From positions 260,555 to 324,554 of the forward strand of contig CAVPRW010000042.1 in assembly GCA_963707985.1 (NCBI GenBank): 64,000 bases of DNA, read 5' to 3'. The position numbers and the translations under genes are program-made. This document shows positions 51,757 to 62,808 of the stretch, in pieces. The notes below the pieces were generated by a model. The model did no database searches. It was given only the letters and a program-made list of their open reading frames with translations, and was not told the DNA's origin. The DNA is from an uncultured Nitrospinota bacterium (GTDB lineage Bacteria > Tectomicrobia > Entotheonellia > J063 > CAVPRW01). Position 1 is the stretch's first letter. Each line of letters opens with the position of its first letter.

Positions 51757-53550
51757 ATGGTGACGACTCCGGTAGCCCCTGGATGCAGCTTCCTGCGTCT
51801 ATTGCCTGACTTCCTGGTGCTCATGCTCATCAGTCTCCTAGCCGCCCCCATGGCATGGACAGGAGAACCGGCAGCAGAGGCCCCGGTCAGCGGCGATTGG
51901 TTGATCAATCACATGTTGAGCGATCCCGAGCAGCTCAATCCTCTGACCAGCAACGACGCGGGCGCCAGCTCGCTCCTGGGCTACATCTTCGAAAGCCTGC
52001 TACAGCGTGATCCACACACGCTGGAATTACGCCCTCACTTGGCGCTCGCACGTCCCGAGATCTCCGAGGACAAACTCGAATATACGTTCAAAATTCGGCA
52101 GGATGTGCATTTCCAAGATGGTCGACCCCTCACCGGTGAGGATGTCCTGTTCACCATCAAGGCCATCAAATGCCCCCTAGTCAATGCCCCGTTTCAGCGG
52201 GTGTACTTCGAGTCGATCATCAATGCCGAGCTGCTCGATCCCTCGACCATCCGCTTCAAGGCCCGGGAACCCTATTTTCTGAATGAGAATGTCCTGGGGG
52301 GTATCGATGTGCTGCCACGTCACTATTACGATCCTGAAGATCTTTTGAAGGCGGTGACCGTGACGGAGCTGGCCGGTGACTACGCCAAACATGAGGAGTC
52401 GGTCCGCAAATTCGCTCAACACTTCAATCAAAACTTCGCACGCAATCCCATGGGCAGTGGACCCTATAAGTTCAAGAACTGGTCCACCGGCCAAGAAGTA
52501 GTGCTGGAGCGTGATCCAAATTATTGGGGCAACGGCAAGCCGGGGATCGATCAGGTCTACATCGATGTGCGCAAATCGCGCGTCATCAACAACATGGACG
52601 CGGCCCTCGTCAACCTAAAGGCCGGCAATCTCGATATGATGGGGCTGCAGCCCATACAATACCTGCGTCAAACGAGCGGCGCACGCTTCGAGAAGGACTA
52701 CGAGAAATACATCTACTCGACCCCGAGCTATACATATATTGGCTGGAATAACCTCAATCCGATTTTCCAGGACCTGCGGGTACGCCAGGCCATGACCTAT
52801 CTGACGAATCGTGAACAAATGGTGAAAACCATTCTGTTCGACCTCGGTCAGGTGGTCGATGGCCCGATTTATCGTTTCCGCCCGGAATACGATGAAAGCC
52901 TCTACAGCCATCCCTTTGACCCCCAAAAGGCACTTGCGCTGCTGCGCGAGGCGGGATGGAAGGATACCGATGGCGATGGGATTCTGGACAAAGAGATCGA
53001 TGGCCAGCGCACGCCGTTTCGATTCGAAATCAAATTCAATACGGGCAACGACATCCGCAAAGGCGTCGCCCTGGCACTGCAGGATGAGCTCCGCAAGCAT
53101 GGTATCGATGCCAATGTACGAGGCCTCGACTGGACGATTTTCCTGGATGAGGTACGTAATCAAAAGTTCGACGCGGTGATTCTCGGCTGGGCCATGAGTG
53201 TCACCGAGCCGGATGCCTATCAGGTGTGGCACTCCTCACAGGCGGAAAATAAAGGCTCCAACATGATTAGCTATAAGAACCCACGTGTGGACGCCATCTT
53301 AGAGGAGTACCGCCGGAGCTTCGATGCCAAGAAGCGTATCGAGCTGTACCACGAGTTCCAGCGCATCCTCAACGTTGAGCAACCGTATACCTTCCTCTTC
53401 ATCCAGAAGGCGGTGACGGCGGTGAGCCGCCGCTTCCAGGGGGTAGAAGTGCTGCCGATCGGCAGGCTGCGACCGTCTGGATTGGTGGGTGCCGAAAGCG
53501 CAGCAGAAGTATACGGCGCAACTCACGCCATAGCAGGCCCAGGGCGATGA
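51757..53550 (+). CDS. Peptide ABC substrate-binding protein (probable frameshift near the C-terminus, ~53465)
   Basis: FKIRQDVHFQDG.PLT.EDV.FT, P.GSGPYKF, RVRQA, SYKNP.VD. Confidence 0.9.
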   Translation: MVTTPVAPGCSFLRLLPDFLVLMLISLLAAPMAWTGEPAAEAPVSGDWLINHMLSDPEQLNPLTSNDAGASSLLGYIFESLLQRDPHTLELRPHLALARPEISEDKLEYTFKIRQDVHFQDGRPLTGEDVLFTIKAIKCPLVNAPFQRVYFESIINAELLDPSTIRFKAREPYFLNENVLGGIDVLPRHYYDPEDLLKAVTVTELAGDYAKHEESVRKFAQHFNQNFARNPMGSGPYKFKNWSTGQEVVLERDPNYWGNGKPGIDQVYIDVRKSRVINNMDAALVNLKAGNLDMMGLQPIQYLRQTSGARFEKDYEKYIYSTPSYTYIGWNNLNPIFQDLRVRQAMTYLTNREQMVKTILFDLGQVVDGPIYRFRPEYDESLYSHPFDPQKALALLREAGWKDTDGDGILDKEIDGQRTPFRFEIKFNTGNDIRKGVALALQDELRKHGIDANVRGLDWTIFLDEVRNQKFDAVILGWAMSVTEPDAYQVWHSSQAENKGSNMISYKNPRVDAILEEYRRSFDAKKRIELYHEFQRILNVEQPYTFLFIQKAVTAVSRRFQGVEVLPIGRLRPSGLVGAESAAEVYGATHAIAGPGR

Positions 53551-54578
53551 TCGCGTATCTCATGCAACGTTTCCTCCTGATGATTCCCACCTTCTTCGGT
53601 ATCACGCTGATCGCCTTTTCCATCATTCACTTAGCCCCTGGTGACCCCGCCGAGCTGCGCGCCGGTGGTGGGCTGGGAGCCGGTGCAGAAGGCGGACTGT
53701 CTACTGAGCGGCGTGGCGCGGTCGATCGGGCGTTACAGGAATGGCGCGCGCTGTATGGACTCGATAAGCCGCTGCATATGCAATACCTCATCTGGCTGAA
53801 GAATCTCTTCACCCTCGATTTTGGAATATCGTTCAAGGACAATCAGCCGGTGTGGGGCAAGATCGTAGAACGTCTCCCTGCCACCATCAAGCTCAATGTG
53901 CTCTCGACGGTGCTGGTGTATGTGGTGGCAATTCCGCTGGGCATTTATTCCGCTACCTATCAGTATTCCTTTGGCGATCAGCTGACCACGTTCGGCGCCT
54001 TCGTTTTGTTCGCCCTCCCCTCGTTTTGGGTCGGGACGATGGCCATCGTCTTTCTGGGCGGAGGCGATTTCTATTACTGGTTCCCGCCGGGGGGGCTACA
54101 GTCGGTCAATTACTCACCTGGGTGGTCGTGGTGGCAGCGGCTGGTTGATCAGTGCTGGCATCTCTGTTTACCGGTGCTCATGCTGTCGTATGGCGGATTT
54201 GCTGGCTTGTCCCGGTTTATGCGCAGCAGCATGTTGGAGAATCTCCGTCAGGATTTTGTCCTGGTGGCGCGTTCGAAAGGGTTGGCAGAGCGGGTGGTGA
54301 TGTATAAGCATGTCCTGCGCAACTCTTTGATTCCCATTGTCACCATCATGGCCTCGATCATCCCGGGGTTGGTGGGCGGCAGTATCATCATCGAAACCCT
54401 GTTTTCGATCCCCGGCATCGGCCAGTTGAGTTACGAAGCGGTCTTGGCTCGAGATTATCCGATCATCATGGCAGTGTTTACCATCGGGTCCGTGTTAACC
54501 CTCTTGAGTATCTTGCTCTCGGACCTGCTGCTCTCGGTTGTCGATCCCCGCATCGCGTTCAGCCGGCGAGCGGTGTAA
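53547..54578 (+). CDS. Peptide ABC permease (OppB/DppB-like)
   Basis: APGDP, YGLDKP, ARSKGL..V..KH.LRNSLIP, ETLFSIPG.G, RDYP. Confidence 0.92.
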   Translation: MIAYLMQRFLLMIPTFFGITLIAFSIIHLAPGDPAELRAGGGLGAGAEGGLSTERRGAVDRALQEWRALYGLDKPLHMQYLIWLKNLFTLDFGISFKDNQPVWGKIVERLPATIKLNVLSTVLVYVVAIPLGIYSATYQYSFGDQLTTFGAFVLFALPSFWVGTMAIVFLGGGDFYYWFPPGGLQSVNYSPGWSWWQRLVDQCWHLCLPVLMLSYGGFAGLSRFMRSSMLENLRQDFVLVARSKGLAERVVMYKHVLRNSLIPIVTIMASIIPGLVGGSIIIETLFSIPGIGQLSYEAVLARDYPIIMAVFTIGSVLTLLSILLSDLLLSVVDPRIAFSRRAV

Positions 54579-54589
54579 GGCCGTCAGCC

Positions 54590-55673
54590 ATGCTGCCCAA
54601 ACAACGGCTAATGCCAGCGCAAACGACGTCAGCGACGATGTCTCGATCTGGGGTGCTCCAGACCCCTGCGCCTGAGCTTGCGCAGAGCTTCTGGACGCGC
54701 GTGTGGCGGCAATTCAAGCGCAACTATCTGGCAGTGATGGGGCTTGGTGTGGTGTTAGGCCTCGTGGTGACGGCTCTGATGCGCCGACTTTCTGGCCAAT
54801 GACAAGCCTCTCTACATAGTGTATAAGGACCAGACGTATTTTCCGGTTCCATATAGCTATTTGGTCAATCTCGGACTGACCCAGTGGCCGCTTGAACTGT
54901 TGAACGTCGACTACCGGTCGCTGGCTGCCGAGCGCGCCCTCTTCCCGCCCATTCCCTATCGCCCGAACCAGATCGATCTGACCAACCCATTTGCGCCTCC
55001 ATCTGCTGAACATTGGCTTGGAACCGACCGCTTAGGGCGCGACGTCATGGCGGGAATCGTCCATGGTTCACGCTATTCACTGTCGATTGGCTTTGTCTCG
55101 GTGGGCATCGCCCTCGTCATTGGCGTGCTTCTGGGAGCTCTGGCTGGTTTCTTCGGCGGCTGGGTGGACCTCGTCATTTCGCGCCTCTTCGAGCTGATGT
55201 TGGCGATCCCGACCTTCCTCTTACTCATCACCATTGCCGCCTTCCTGAAGCCCAGCATCTTTTACACGATGATCATCATTGGGCTCACAGGGTGGGTGGG
55301 GATGGCTCGCTTCACCCGGAATGAGTTCTTAAAGGTGAGGAATCTGGATTATGTGACGGCGGCTACAGCCATTGGTTTGCCCGACCGCCGGATTATGTTT
55401 CGGCATATCTTGCCCAATGCGCTGGCACCAGTGCTCGTGTCGGTGGTACTGGGCATCGCCTCGGCCATTCTTGCAGAGTCCGGCCTCAGCTTCCTGGGCG
55501 TCGGTGTCCCTGCCGACACCGTCACCTGGGGGTCGATCCTCAACGAAGCCCGGAGTAACACCTTCGCCTGGTGGCTGGCTGTCTTCCCGGGCGCCGCTAT
55601 CTTTGTGGCGGTAATTTCCTATTATATGGTTGGCGAAGGCCTACGCGACGCTCTTGACCCGCGACTGAAATAA
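54590..55673 (+). CDS. Peptide ABC permease (OppC/DppC-like), frameshift ~54780
   Basis: FW...WRQFKRN.LAV.G; HWLGTD.LGRD; HILPN; ESGLSFLG. Confidence 0.88.
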
Positions 55674-55687
55674 ATCGGGGATAGATC

Positions 55688-56524
55688 ATGGGTCTCATGA
55701 AACGGCTCTGCTTCCTGGTAGCACTGATTTGGAGTCTGACTCCGTCGGCTGCCTTACCCATGACGTGGGGCGAAGTTCTGGAGCCCGCTCCTGGAGCTCC
55801 GCACGCCATCGGCTCCTATACGGCTGGGTGTGTACAGGGCGCCATTCCACTTCCTGATGCGGGACGTGGCTATCAGGTGATGCGGCCGCAGCGTCACCGA
55901 TTTTTTGGTCATCCCCTACTCGTCCGTTACTTGCAAGAGTTAGGAGCGGCTACCAACCAGAAGGGCTTGGGAACGCTCCTCATTGGCGACCTCGGACAAC
56001 CCCGCGGTGGCCCTATGCCCTTCGGCCATCGCAGTCATCAGATCGGTCTAGATGCAGATATCTGGTTTTGGTTACCGGGTGACGGCATAGTCATGACGGT
56101 TGCAGAGCGCGACACGATTGGGGCGCCGTCGATGCTCACCGCGGGTGGGAGAGCCATAGATACACAGCAGTGGTCCCCAAGGCAAGCAGAGGTGCTGCGG
56201 CTGGCGGTCGGATTCGACGTGGTGGCCCGCATCTTCGTCAATCCGGTCATCAAGAAGGACCTGTGCGAGCAGTTCCCTAGGGGGGCGTGGCTGCAAAAAC
56301 TACGTCCGTGGTGGGGACATGACGACCACTTTCATGTGAGGCTGCGCTGCCCGGCCGGGCAGACCGCATGCCATGATCAGGACCCCCTCCCTACCGGCGA
56401 TGGCTGTGGCGCTGAGCTCGCCTGGTGGTTTTCCGAAGAAGCACGTAAGCCCCAACCGCCGATCGATAGTGGGAAAGTTCCGTTGCCTGCCGCGTGTGAG
56501 GCTATCTTACGGAAATCGAGATGA
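55688..56524 (+). CDS. mepA: Penicillin-insensitive murein endopeptidase
   Basis: IGSY.AGC, R.FGHP, IGD..QPRGG, H.SHQ.GLD.DIW, RPWWGHDDHFHVRL.CP. Confidence 0.93.
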   Translation: MGLMKRLCFLVALIWSLTPSAALPMTWGEVLEPAPGAPHAIGSYTAGCVQGAIPLPDAGRGYQVMRPQRHRFFGHPLLVRYLQELGAATNQKGLGTLLIGDLGQPRGGPMPFGHRSHQIGLDADIWFWLPGDGIVMTVAERDTIGAPSMLTAGGRAIDTQQWSPRQAEVLRLAVGFDVVARIFVNPVIKKDLCEQFPRGAWLQKLRPWWGHDDHFHVRLRCPAGQTACHDQDPLPTGDGCGAELAWWFSEEARKPQPPIDSGKVPLPAACEAILRKSR

Positions 56525-56663
56525 GCCAAATTCAGTATAGCCACACCCGTAGACTGTGTTATTTGTTCCAAGCAGGGATCAGGGTGGACAACCGATCGCT
56601 CAAGAATACTGGGGAGGTCGCCTCATAGCGGGAGTTGTCAGCAGCAAGGCAATGGAGAACGAT

Positions 56664-56783
56664 ATGGCCACCACAGTGGCGCACATGACAAAAAGTGACC
56701 TGAGGGAAATGATTGCAACCATCATCAAGCAGAAGCTCATCGAACGGCTCGGCGACCCTGATGAAGGGTTGACCATCGAATAA
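56664..56783 (+). pseudogene. Truncated antitoxin-like fragment
   Basis: MATTVAHMTKSDLREMI..IIKQKL.E.LGDPDEGL resembles the N-half of small antitoxin-like proteins; premature stop, no toxin follows. Confidence 0.4.
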
Positions 56784-57780
56784 TAGGCTATATTATCTTA
56801 AGTTTACACTTTTTTTGTAAAGACAAGTTCTAGACTTTTTTCCTTGGCAGGGTGACTCGTTATGTTACATATGCTGCAACTGAAGAGCTTTTGGATGTGA
56901 ATTATGACGGGCCTGTGCCTCCACGCCTGAGCAGTAGGCCCCCCTCCTCCGGTGGGTGGCTCACGTTTCTGCCCTCAGGATTGCGAGAGGGAAGAAGTGG
57001 GGGCGAATGCACCTGTACCAACGTTCCAGTGTTAATCCAACTCGCTTCGTTTTATCGCCGTAGTGGGTTGAGTGGGAGCCGTGGAGGGGTGGTGTCTTTG
57101 ATAGGAAACGGTGTGTTCAAGGATTCGTACGGCAGTTAAGTGGCCTCTGATTCTCTCAAGAGCAGACCTGAGAGCTAGCAGGCGAACCTGTGTGAGAATG
57201 TTGACACCTTTTGTTATGCAAATACCTAACCCAGGTTTGGTATTTGTGGTACCCCCCCGCTAAGAGTGAAGGTAGTCATCCTCGCCCTGGCGTCATTTCC
57301 GGTAAGACATTTCTTTTTACCACCAACTCGAAGTGGGGACTACTGTCTACGTATTACCCCACTTCAGATCGACAGTGTTTTCGCACGACCCACGTCGAGG
57401 AATAAACGGCTCTCGAATTGATCGCAATTCGTCGGCAGGGAAATCTCCAAAATGTTTTCACTATGAGTATGTAGCTCGCGGAACCATCTTCTCTCTCAAA
57501 CTTATCACAGAATAATCTCGTCAGGCGTCCGGTTGCACATCATCATTGGTCCACCTAGACATACGCCCCGGATTGCCAGGCCTTGGCTCTTTATCAGCCG
57601 TCGGCCTCTTAGGTTGCTGGACTTGTCAGTGGTGACGAAGGCATGCGGCAGCAGTCATTTTTTGTTCTTGATGGACCATTGGCCAAACAGATTGAGATGA
57701 ATATCACCCAAAATGCGGAGGAGTAAAAGGGGAGTTTATCGCAGGTAGTGAGGACATCACCCTCACAGGACAAATTCTTT

Positions 57781-58210
57781 AAGCAACGGGGACGAAGATC
57801 CATATCCGCAAGGCGGGGGTCATTTGGCGAATGGCCCGCCTAGGGATACCTTCCGACTCCCGGCGATGATTTACCGGAAGTGACCTGTCTCTGACAGACA
57901 GACGTCTCCGCGCCCCGTTGTGCTTGTAAGCCTAATCCATCTGAGCAATCATGTCAACGATTTGTGATACAAGCTTTTTTCTCCTAAGTGGATGATAGGA
58001 CGTCAGAAGTCGTGAGGGCTAGGGCTCCCTCTTTCACTAGGTTACCACGGTAGAGCCAAACATCAGTCAGATGACCGTTAGACATGCGTGTGTGTTGGGA
58101 TCGTGAATATTGCTGTGGCGAGCGATGGGGGCGGAGATCCAAGTCCCATAGGCGGGGGTCATTTGGCGAATGGCCCGCTTGGGGATACCTTCCGGCCCGG
58201 TAAAGGTCAC
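57781..58210 (+). repeat. Two ~90-nt imperfect direct repeats, each folding into a long hairpin
   Basis: Core AGGCGGGGGTCATTTGGCGAATGGCCCGC identical at 57811 and 58150, followed by GGGATACCTTCCG in both. Confidence 0.85.
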
Positions 58211-58235
58211 CATAGCTAGTGGTGGGAGAAAGCCT

Positions 58236-58937
58236 ATGCCAAAGATCCGCATCCTCTTAGTCCATCATGAGGCGCTTATGCGAGCGTCGCTGCGGCTGCT
58301 CCTCGAGGCGCAGTCTGATATGGAAGTGGTGGGCGAGGCATCGAGTACGCATGCAGCTCTGGATGAGACCCTCGCAACGACCCCCGATGTCATCCTACTC
58401 GACTTGAGCCTGCCGGGGGCAAATGGCCTCCAGACCCTCGAACTGCTTCGCCGCGTATGCCGGCACACCCAGGTGGTCGTCCTCACCCTGTACCAGGAGG
58501 CTGCGTACGCACGGGCAGCCTTGGCGGCCGGGGGAGGTGCTTATGTCACCACCCATGCCGCGCCAGCCGACTTGATCGCCGCCATTCGCGCGGTGGTTCA
58601 GGGAGAGACCTTCGTCGATCCCACCGTGGCGAGCCCTTTACTACATGAGTTCCTCATGTCACAGACGCTCCAGACCGGAGTCAGCCCCAGGCAGCCTAAA
58701 AGCCTCTTGAGCCCGCGAGAGCGCGAGGTGCTTATCCAACTGGCGCAGGGGTACACGAGCCGACAGATCGCCGCGCAACTTCGTGTAAGTGTTAAGAGCG
58801 TGGAGACCTATCGCGCACGCATTGCCCAGAAGCTGGAACTGCGCAGTCGCGCCGACCTCATTCGGTATGCCCATGCAAGTGGCCTTCTGACTTCTGAGAT
58901 GGTCGTGGGGCATTACCACGAGATATCCAGGGAGTGA
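58236..58937 (+). CDS. NarL/LuxR-family response regulator (atypical receiver)
   Basis: PDVILLDL; LSPREREVL..LAQG.TS.QIA..L.VS.KSVETYR. Confidence 0.9.
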   Translation: MPKIRILLVHHEALMRASLRLLLEAQSDMEVVGEASSTHAALDETLATTPDVILLDLSLPGANGLQTLELLRRVCRHTQVVVLTLYQEAAYARAALAAGGGAYVTTHAAPADLIAAIRAVVQGETFVDPTVASPLLHEFLMSQTLQTGVSPRQPKSLLSPREREVLIQLAQGYTSRQIAAQLRVSVKSVETYRARIAQKLELRSRADLIRYAHASGLLTSEMVVGHYHEISRE

Positions 58938-59473
58938 ATGGGGCCCATACAGCGCGGCGACGCGAATGCACGGGTGTGTCGTCTTTAGCTAGTGTCAGGT
59001 TTTCCCTTACGTGTTCCCTGCTATTTTGGGAACTTCCCTGACAGACAACGCCCCACAATTACGATACAAGAAAAAGGATGGGGCACGAGGTTCAAATGCC
59101 TCACCACCGTGATGTCACCATTGTTACAGACCTAGCATCCGCTTCGAGCACGCGTAAGATTGCAGCGACAGGGGCGAAGCCTAGGCAATTATTTAAGCGC
59201 ATCGGATCAGCCATCGAAAGATCTGCTAAAGCAGGATAATGCCAGACCCAATGCCCGCACGCTACCCCCTGCTGGTGACTCTCCAAAATTGGCTGTTCTT
59301 TCGCTGCGCGGATTCGTTCCTTCAGCCGGGAGTGGCGCATACGGTCGCCTTCCAAACATGCGGTGACTGGCGCCCATGTTATCCCTCCAAATTCAACGTC
59401 CATGGCCTCTGCTGAGCGCACGCCCACCTGTTGGAACTTGAGTCTATTGTATAGGGAACAGGGAACCTGGATC

Positions 59474-60517
59474 ATGAAGGAACATACACTGCGGAGATTG
59501 TCTCACGCGTGGGGCGGAAGTTTGGTCGCGTTGGCCTGTTGTGCCCTCTTCGGCGCTGGGTGTGCATCTGCACCGCAAGTCCGGGCGGTTCCTCCTGCGA
59601 GCCCTGCTCCCTCTCCAGCGGTATCCGAGATCAACAATGCTTTAGCCTCCGCGGCCATCGTGTCAACTGTCGCCTCAGATGACTACCGCTTGGGGGCCGA
59701 GGACCTGCTGGAGATCACGATTTTTAACATCCCTGAGGGTTTTAAGCATCTCAGGGAGGGGCGGGGCCCCTCCCTCGAAAGATAGACGTTCGGGTAAGCC
59801 AGGCAGGCATGATCACGCTGCCGCTGCTGGGCGACGTCTCGGCCGCAAGATTGACCACAGTGGACCTAGAGCGGTCACTGCGCAAGCGCTATGATGAATT
59901 TCTCCACGACCCGCAGGTAGGAGTGTACATCAAAGAGTATCGAGGCCAGCAGGTCTCGGTCATCGGCGCAGTAGGAACGCCAGGCATGTATCAGCTTACC
60001 GGCCCAAGAACTGTGGTGGATCTCCTATCCCTGGCGGGTGGGATTACGGAGAAAGCTGGCAGCCAGGTACACCTCTATCGCCAGAGTGCCGATGGGCGGC
60101 AGAGCTATGTGATCGATCTCTTATGCCCTGGCCAACAACCCTGGGCAGGTTAACATGCCAGTGCAGGCTGGAGATAAAATCAACGTCCCTGCTGGCTGGG
60201 ACGTTTTTTGTCGATGGTGCTGTACATAAGCCAGGAGCCTATCCCCTCAGCCGGACGTATACGCTCACCCAGGCTTTAGTCGTCGCTGGAGGGGTAAACG
60301 ATACCTTGGCAGCGTATAGCGACGTGTCTATCTTCCGCCATCGAAATATGGTGCTGAGCCTGACCGGATCCCCATCGACCTAAAAAGCATCTTTGCGGGT
60401 AAGGCTCAGGACCCATACGTTGAGGCTGAAGATGTCATTATCGTGCCCATCAGTACAGGCAAGTATATCGTAGAACGTTTTATTGGCAAGATCGGCGTGG
60501 GAGGGAGCATGTTCTGA
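59474..60517 (+). CDS. Polysaccharide export lipoprotein (Wza/SLBB), several frameshifts
   Basis: Lipobox LFGAGC; DYRLG.EDLLEI; ITLPL.G; V.GAV..PG.Y; SLBB repeats across ORFs 59363, 59809 and 60123. Confidence 0.8.
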
Positions 60518-60787
60518 GATGGCGAACGCTGCCGGTCATCATGGGGGTTGGCTGATCAACGTGACGATCCCCGAAGCACCATAGTTCAGGGTAATTAATG
60601 ATTGTCAGGTCGGCTCGGTCCGTGGGTCAAATGGCTTCCTCGTGAAGGAGCGGTCCCCTCTGGAGCCCTTGTGAGAAGAATCGTCTCGAGCATGGTCGAG
60701 AAGGAATACGATGTGATTGTCGGACGTAATCTTCCTCTTGATCACCTGCTGGATGACATCTTCCGGTCCTCGCTTGCACTTCATACT

Positions 60788-61547
60788 ATGAGCCATCGCA
60801 TCGCCAGTGAACAAAGCCTAGCCTCGCTGCTCAATTTTCCCGAGACGGCAGATATCGAGACGTCCTCCGAGGGATATGCACGGCGTTTCTCTGGGGCAAT
60901 TGGGTCCTGGCTCAACGTTCAGGAAGAGGCGACCCTGCGTTTGCTCGCCCCTTACCCTGGCGCACGGATTTTAGATGTCGGCGGGGGGCATGGGCAACTG
61001 ACAAGTCCCCTCATCCGGAATGGCTTCCGAGTGACGGTCCTCGGAAGCGCTGATGTTTGCCAACTGCGCATCGAAAAATTTGTTGCTGAGAAGCGTTGTT
61101 CATTCAAAGTCGGAAATATCCTTGACCTTCCCTTTCCCAAGCAAGCCTTTGATATCGTGGTGAGTTACAGGCTATTGCCGCATGTCAGTCGATGGAACCG
61201 ATTGGTGTCTGAATTAAGTCGAGTGGCAAAGACGGCGGTGATCGTGGATTATCCTGCGATCTGCAGCGTGAATTACCTCACCCCCTTTATCTTTCCGCTG
61301 AAGAAAACGCCTGGAGGGCAATACACGACCGTTCACCTGTTTTAAGGAAGCTGAATTGTTGGCTTTTGAGGCCAATAGCTTTGCGCGTGCTGAACTCTAC
61401 CCAGAATTTTTCCTGCCCACGGTCCTGCACCGCGTCCTAAAAATGCCGAGGCTCTCCTCGGCGGCGGAAGCGATGTGCAGGCTGTCAGGAATGACCTCCC
61501 TCTTCGGCTCCCCGGTCATTTTAAAACTGGTCCGGGAAGGCACATGA
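60788..61547 (+). CDS. Class I SAM-dependent methyltransferase (frameshift ~61305)
   Basis: ADIETSS..YA.RF, ILDVGGGHGQ, LPF. Confidence 0.78.
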
Positions 61548-61551
61548 CCAC

Positions 61552-62764
61552 ATGGATATTTTGCTGCTTGCCCCCCATCCGTTCTATCAGGAACGCGGCA
61601 CGCCAATCGCAGTGGACTTGATTGTAAGGGCACTGTCCGAGCGGGGAGACCGAGTGGATGTAGTGACTTACCACGAGGGCAGAAACATTGAGCAGAAACA
61701 TGTGACGATTTACCGTATCCCTAAAATTCCATTCATTGCGGAAATCCGTCCTGGTTTTTCAGGGAAGAAGCTTCTTGCGACGTTCTCATGTCAATCCTAG
61801 TCATTTATCTCGTTGTTCGGAGGCGCTATCACATAGTTCATGCCGTAGAGGAGTCTGTCTTTATGGCGTTAATTCTGAAATGGATGTTCAAGATCCCATA
61901 TATTTACGACATGGATTCATCGCTGCCTCAACAAATGGTAGAGAAGTATCCTTTCCTAGGCCGTCTGACGTTTTTATTAAATTCTTTCGAGAAGTTGGCC
62001 GTAAGAGGTTCGAAAGTTGTCGTGCCGGTCTGCGATGCTCTGGCCGATGTTGTCGCCAAGTATAAGCCCGAAAAGGTCGTGGTGCTTCACGACGTCCCCC
62101 TGTTGAGGGCCTCGACATGTCAGGATTGGCCCGATTTAAGGGCGGAGCTTGGAATCAGCGTACCAGATTGCTGTACGTAGGGAATCTTGAAGTTATCAAG
62201 GAATCGACCTACTTCTTCGAGAGTTTCGCCCTGACCCTGGAAAAGACGGATAGAGCTGATCTGGTGATCATCGGAGAGGCCGCGGACATCCGAAAATACC
62301 GACAGAAATCTTGTCAGCTCGGCATTTCCCGCAGGGTTCACTTTCCAGGTCCAAAGCCGGTGGAATATCTGATGGGATATCTCTCAACGGCGGATATCTT
62401 GGTATCTCCTCGAATCAAGGGGAAGAACACGCCGATGAAGCTGTATTCTTATCTCCAGAGCGGCAGGGCCGTCCTGGCCACAGCTCTCCCCACCCATACG
62501 CAGGTGATCGACAGCCGCACCGCCATGCTCGCCGAGCCGTCTCCAGAGGCGTTCTCGGGTGCGATGCTTCGCCTCATCCAAGAGGCCCATTTAAGAACGG
62601 CATTAGGGCTGGCCGGAAAACAGTTGGTTGAAGAAGGGTTCAGCCATATGGCGTTTCGCAAGAAACTACACGGCCTTATGCACTGGTTGGAGACAGAAGT
62701 TGCACGGGACGGTAAGCTCGCGGCCGGCACGGACAAACCCTCTGCGAAACGGCTGCGTGGGTAA
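61552..62764 (+). CDS. Glycosyltransferase family 4 (frameshifts ~61770 and ~62150)
   Basis: APHPFYQERGTPIA, HAVEE, YVGNLE, ADILVSPR..G.NTPMKLYSY. Confidence 0.8.
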
Positions 62765-62808
62765 CGGTACATCGACTCCTCATTGCAAGGACCAATGACT
62801 GACGTGTC

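Noticed and set aside
57781..58210. CRISPR array
   Set aside because: Only two long copies 339 bp apart, no regular spacers and no cas genes; no CRISPR array was seen anywhere in the window.
59300..59400. Sigma54 promoter or ops element before the Wza-like gene
   Set aside because: TGGCGC is present but lacks a correctly spaced TTGC, and no GGCGGTAG was found.
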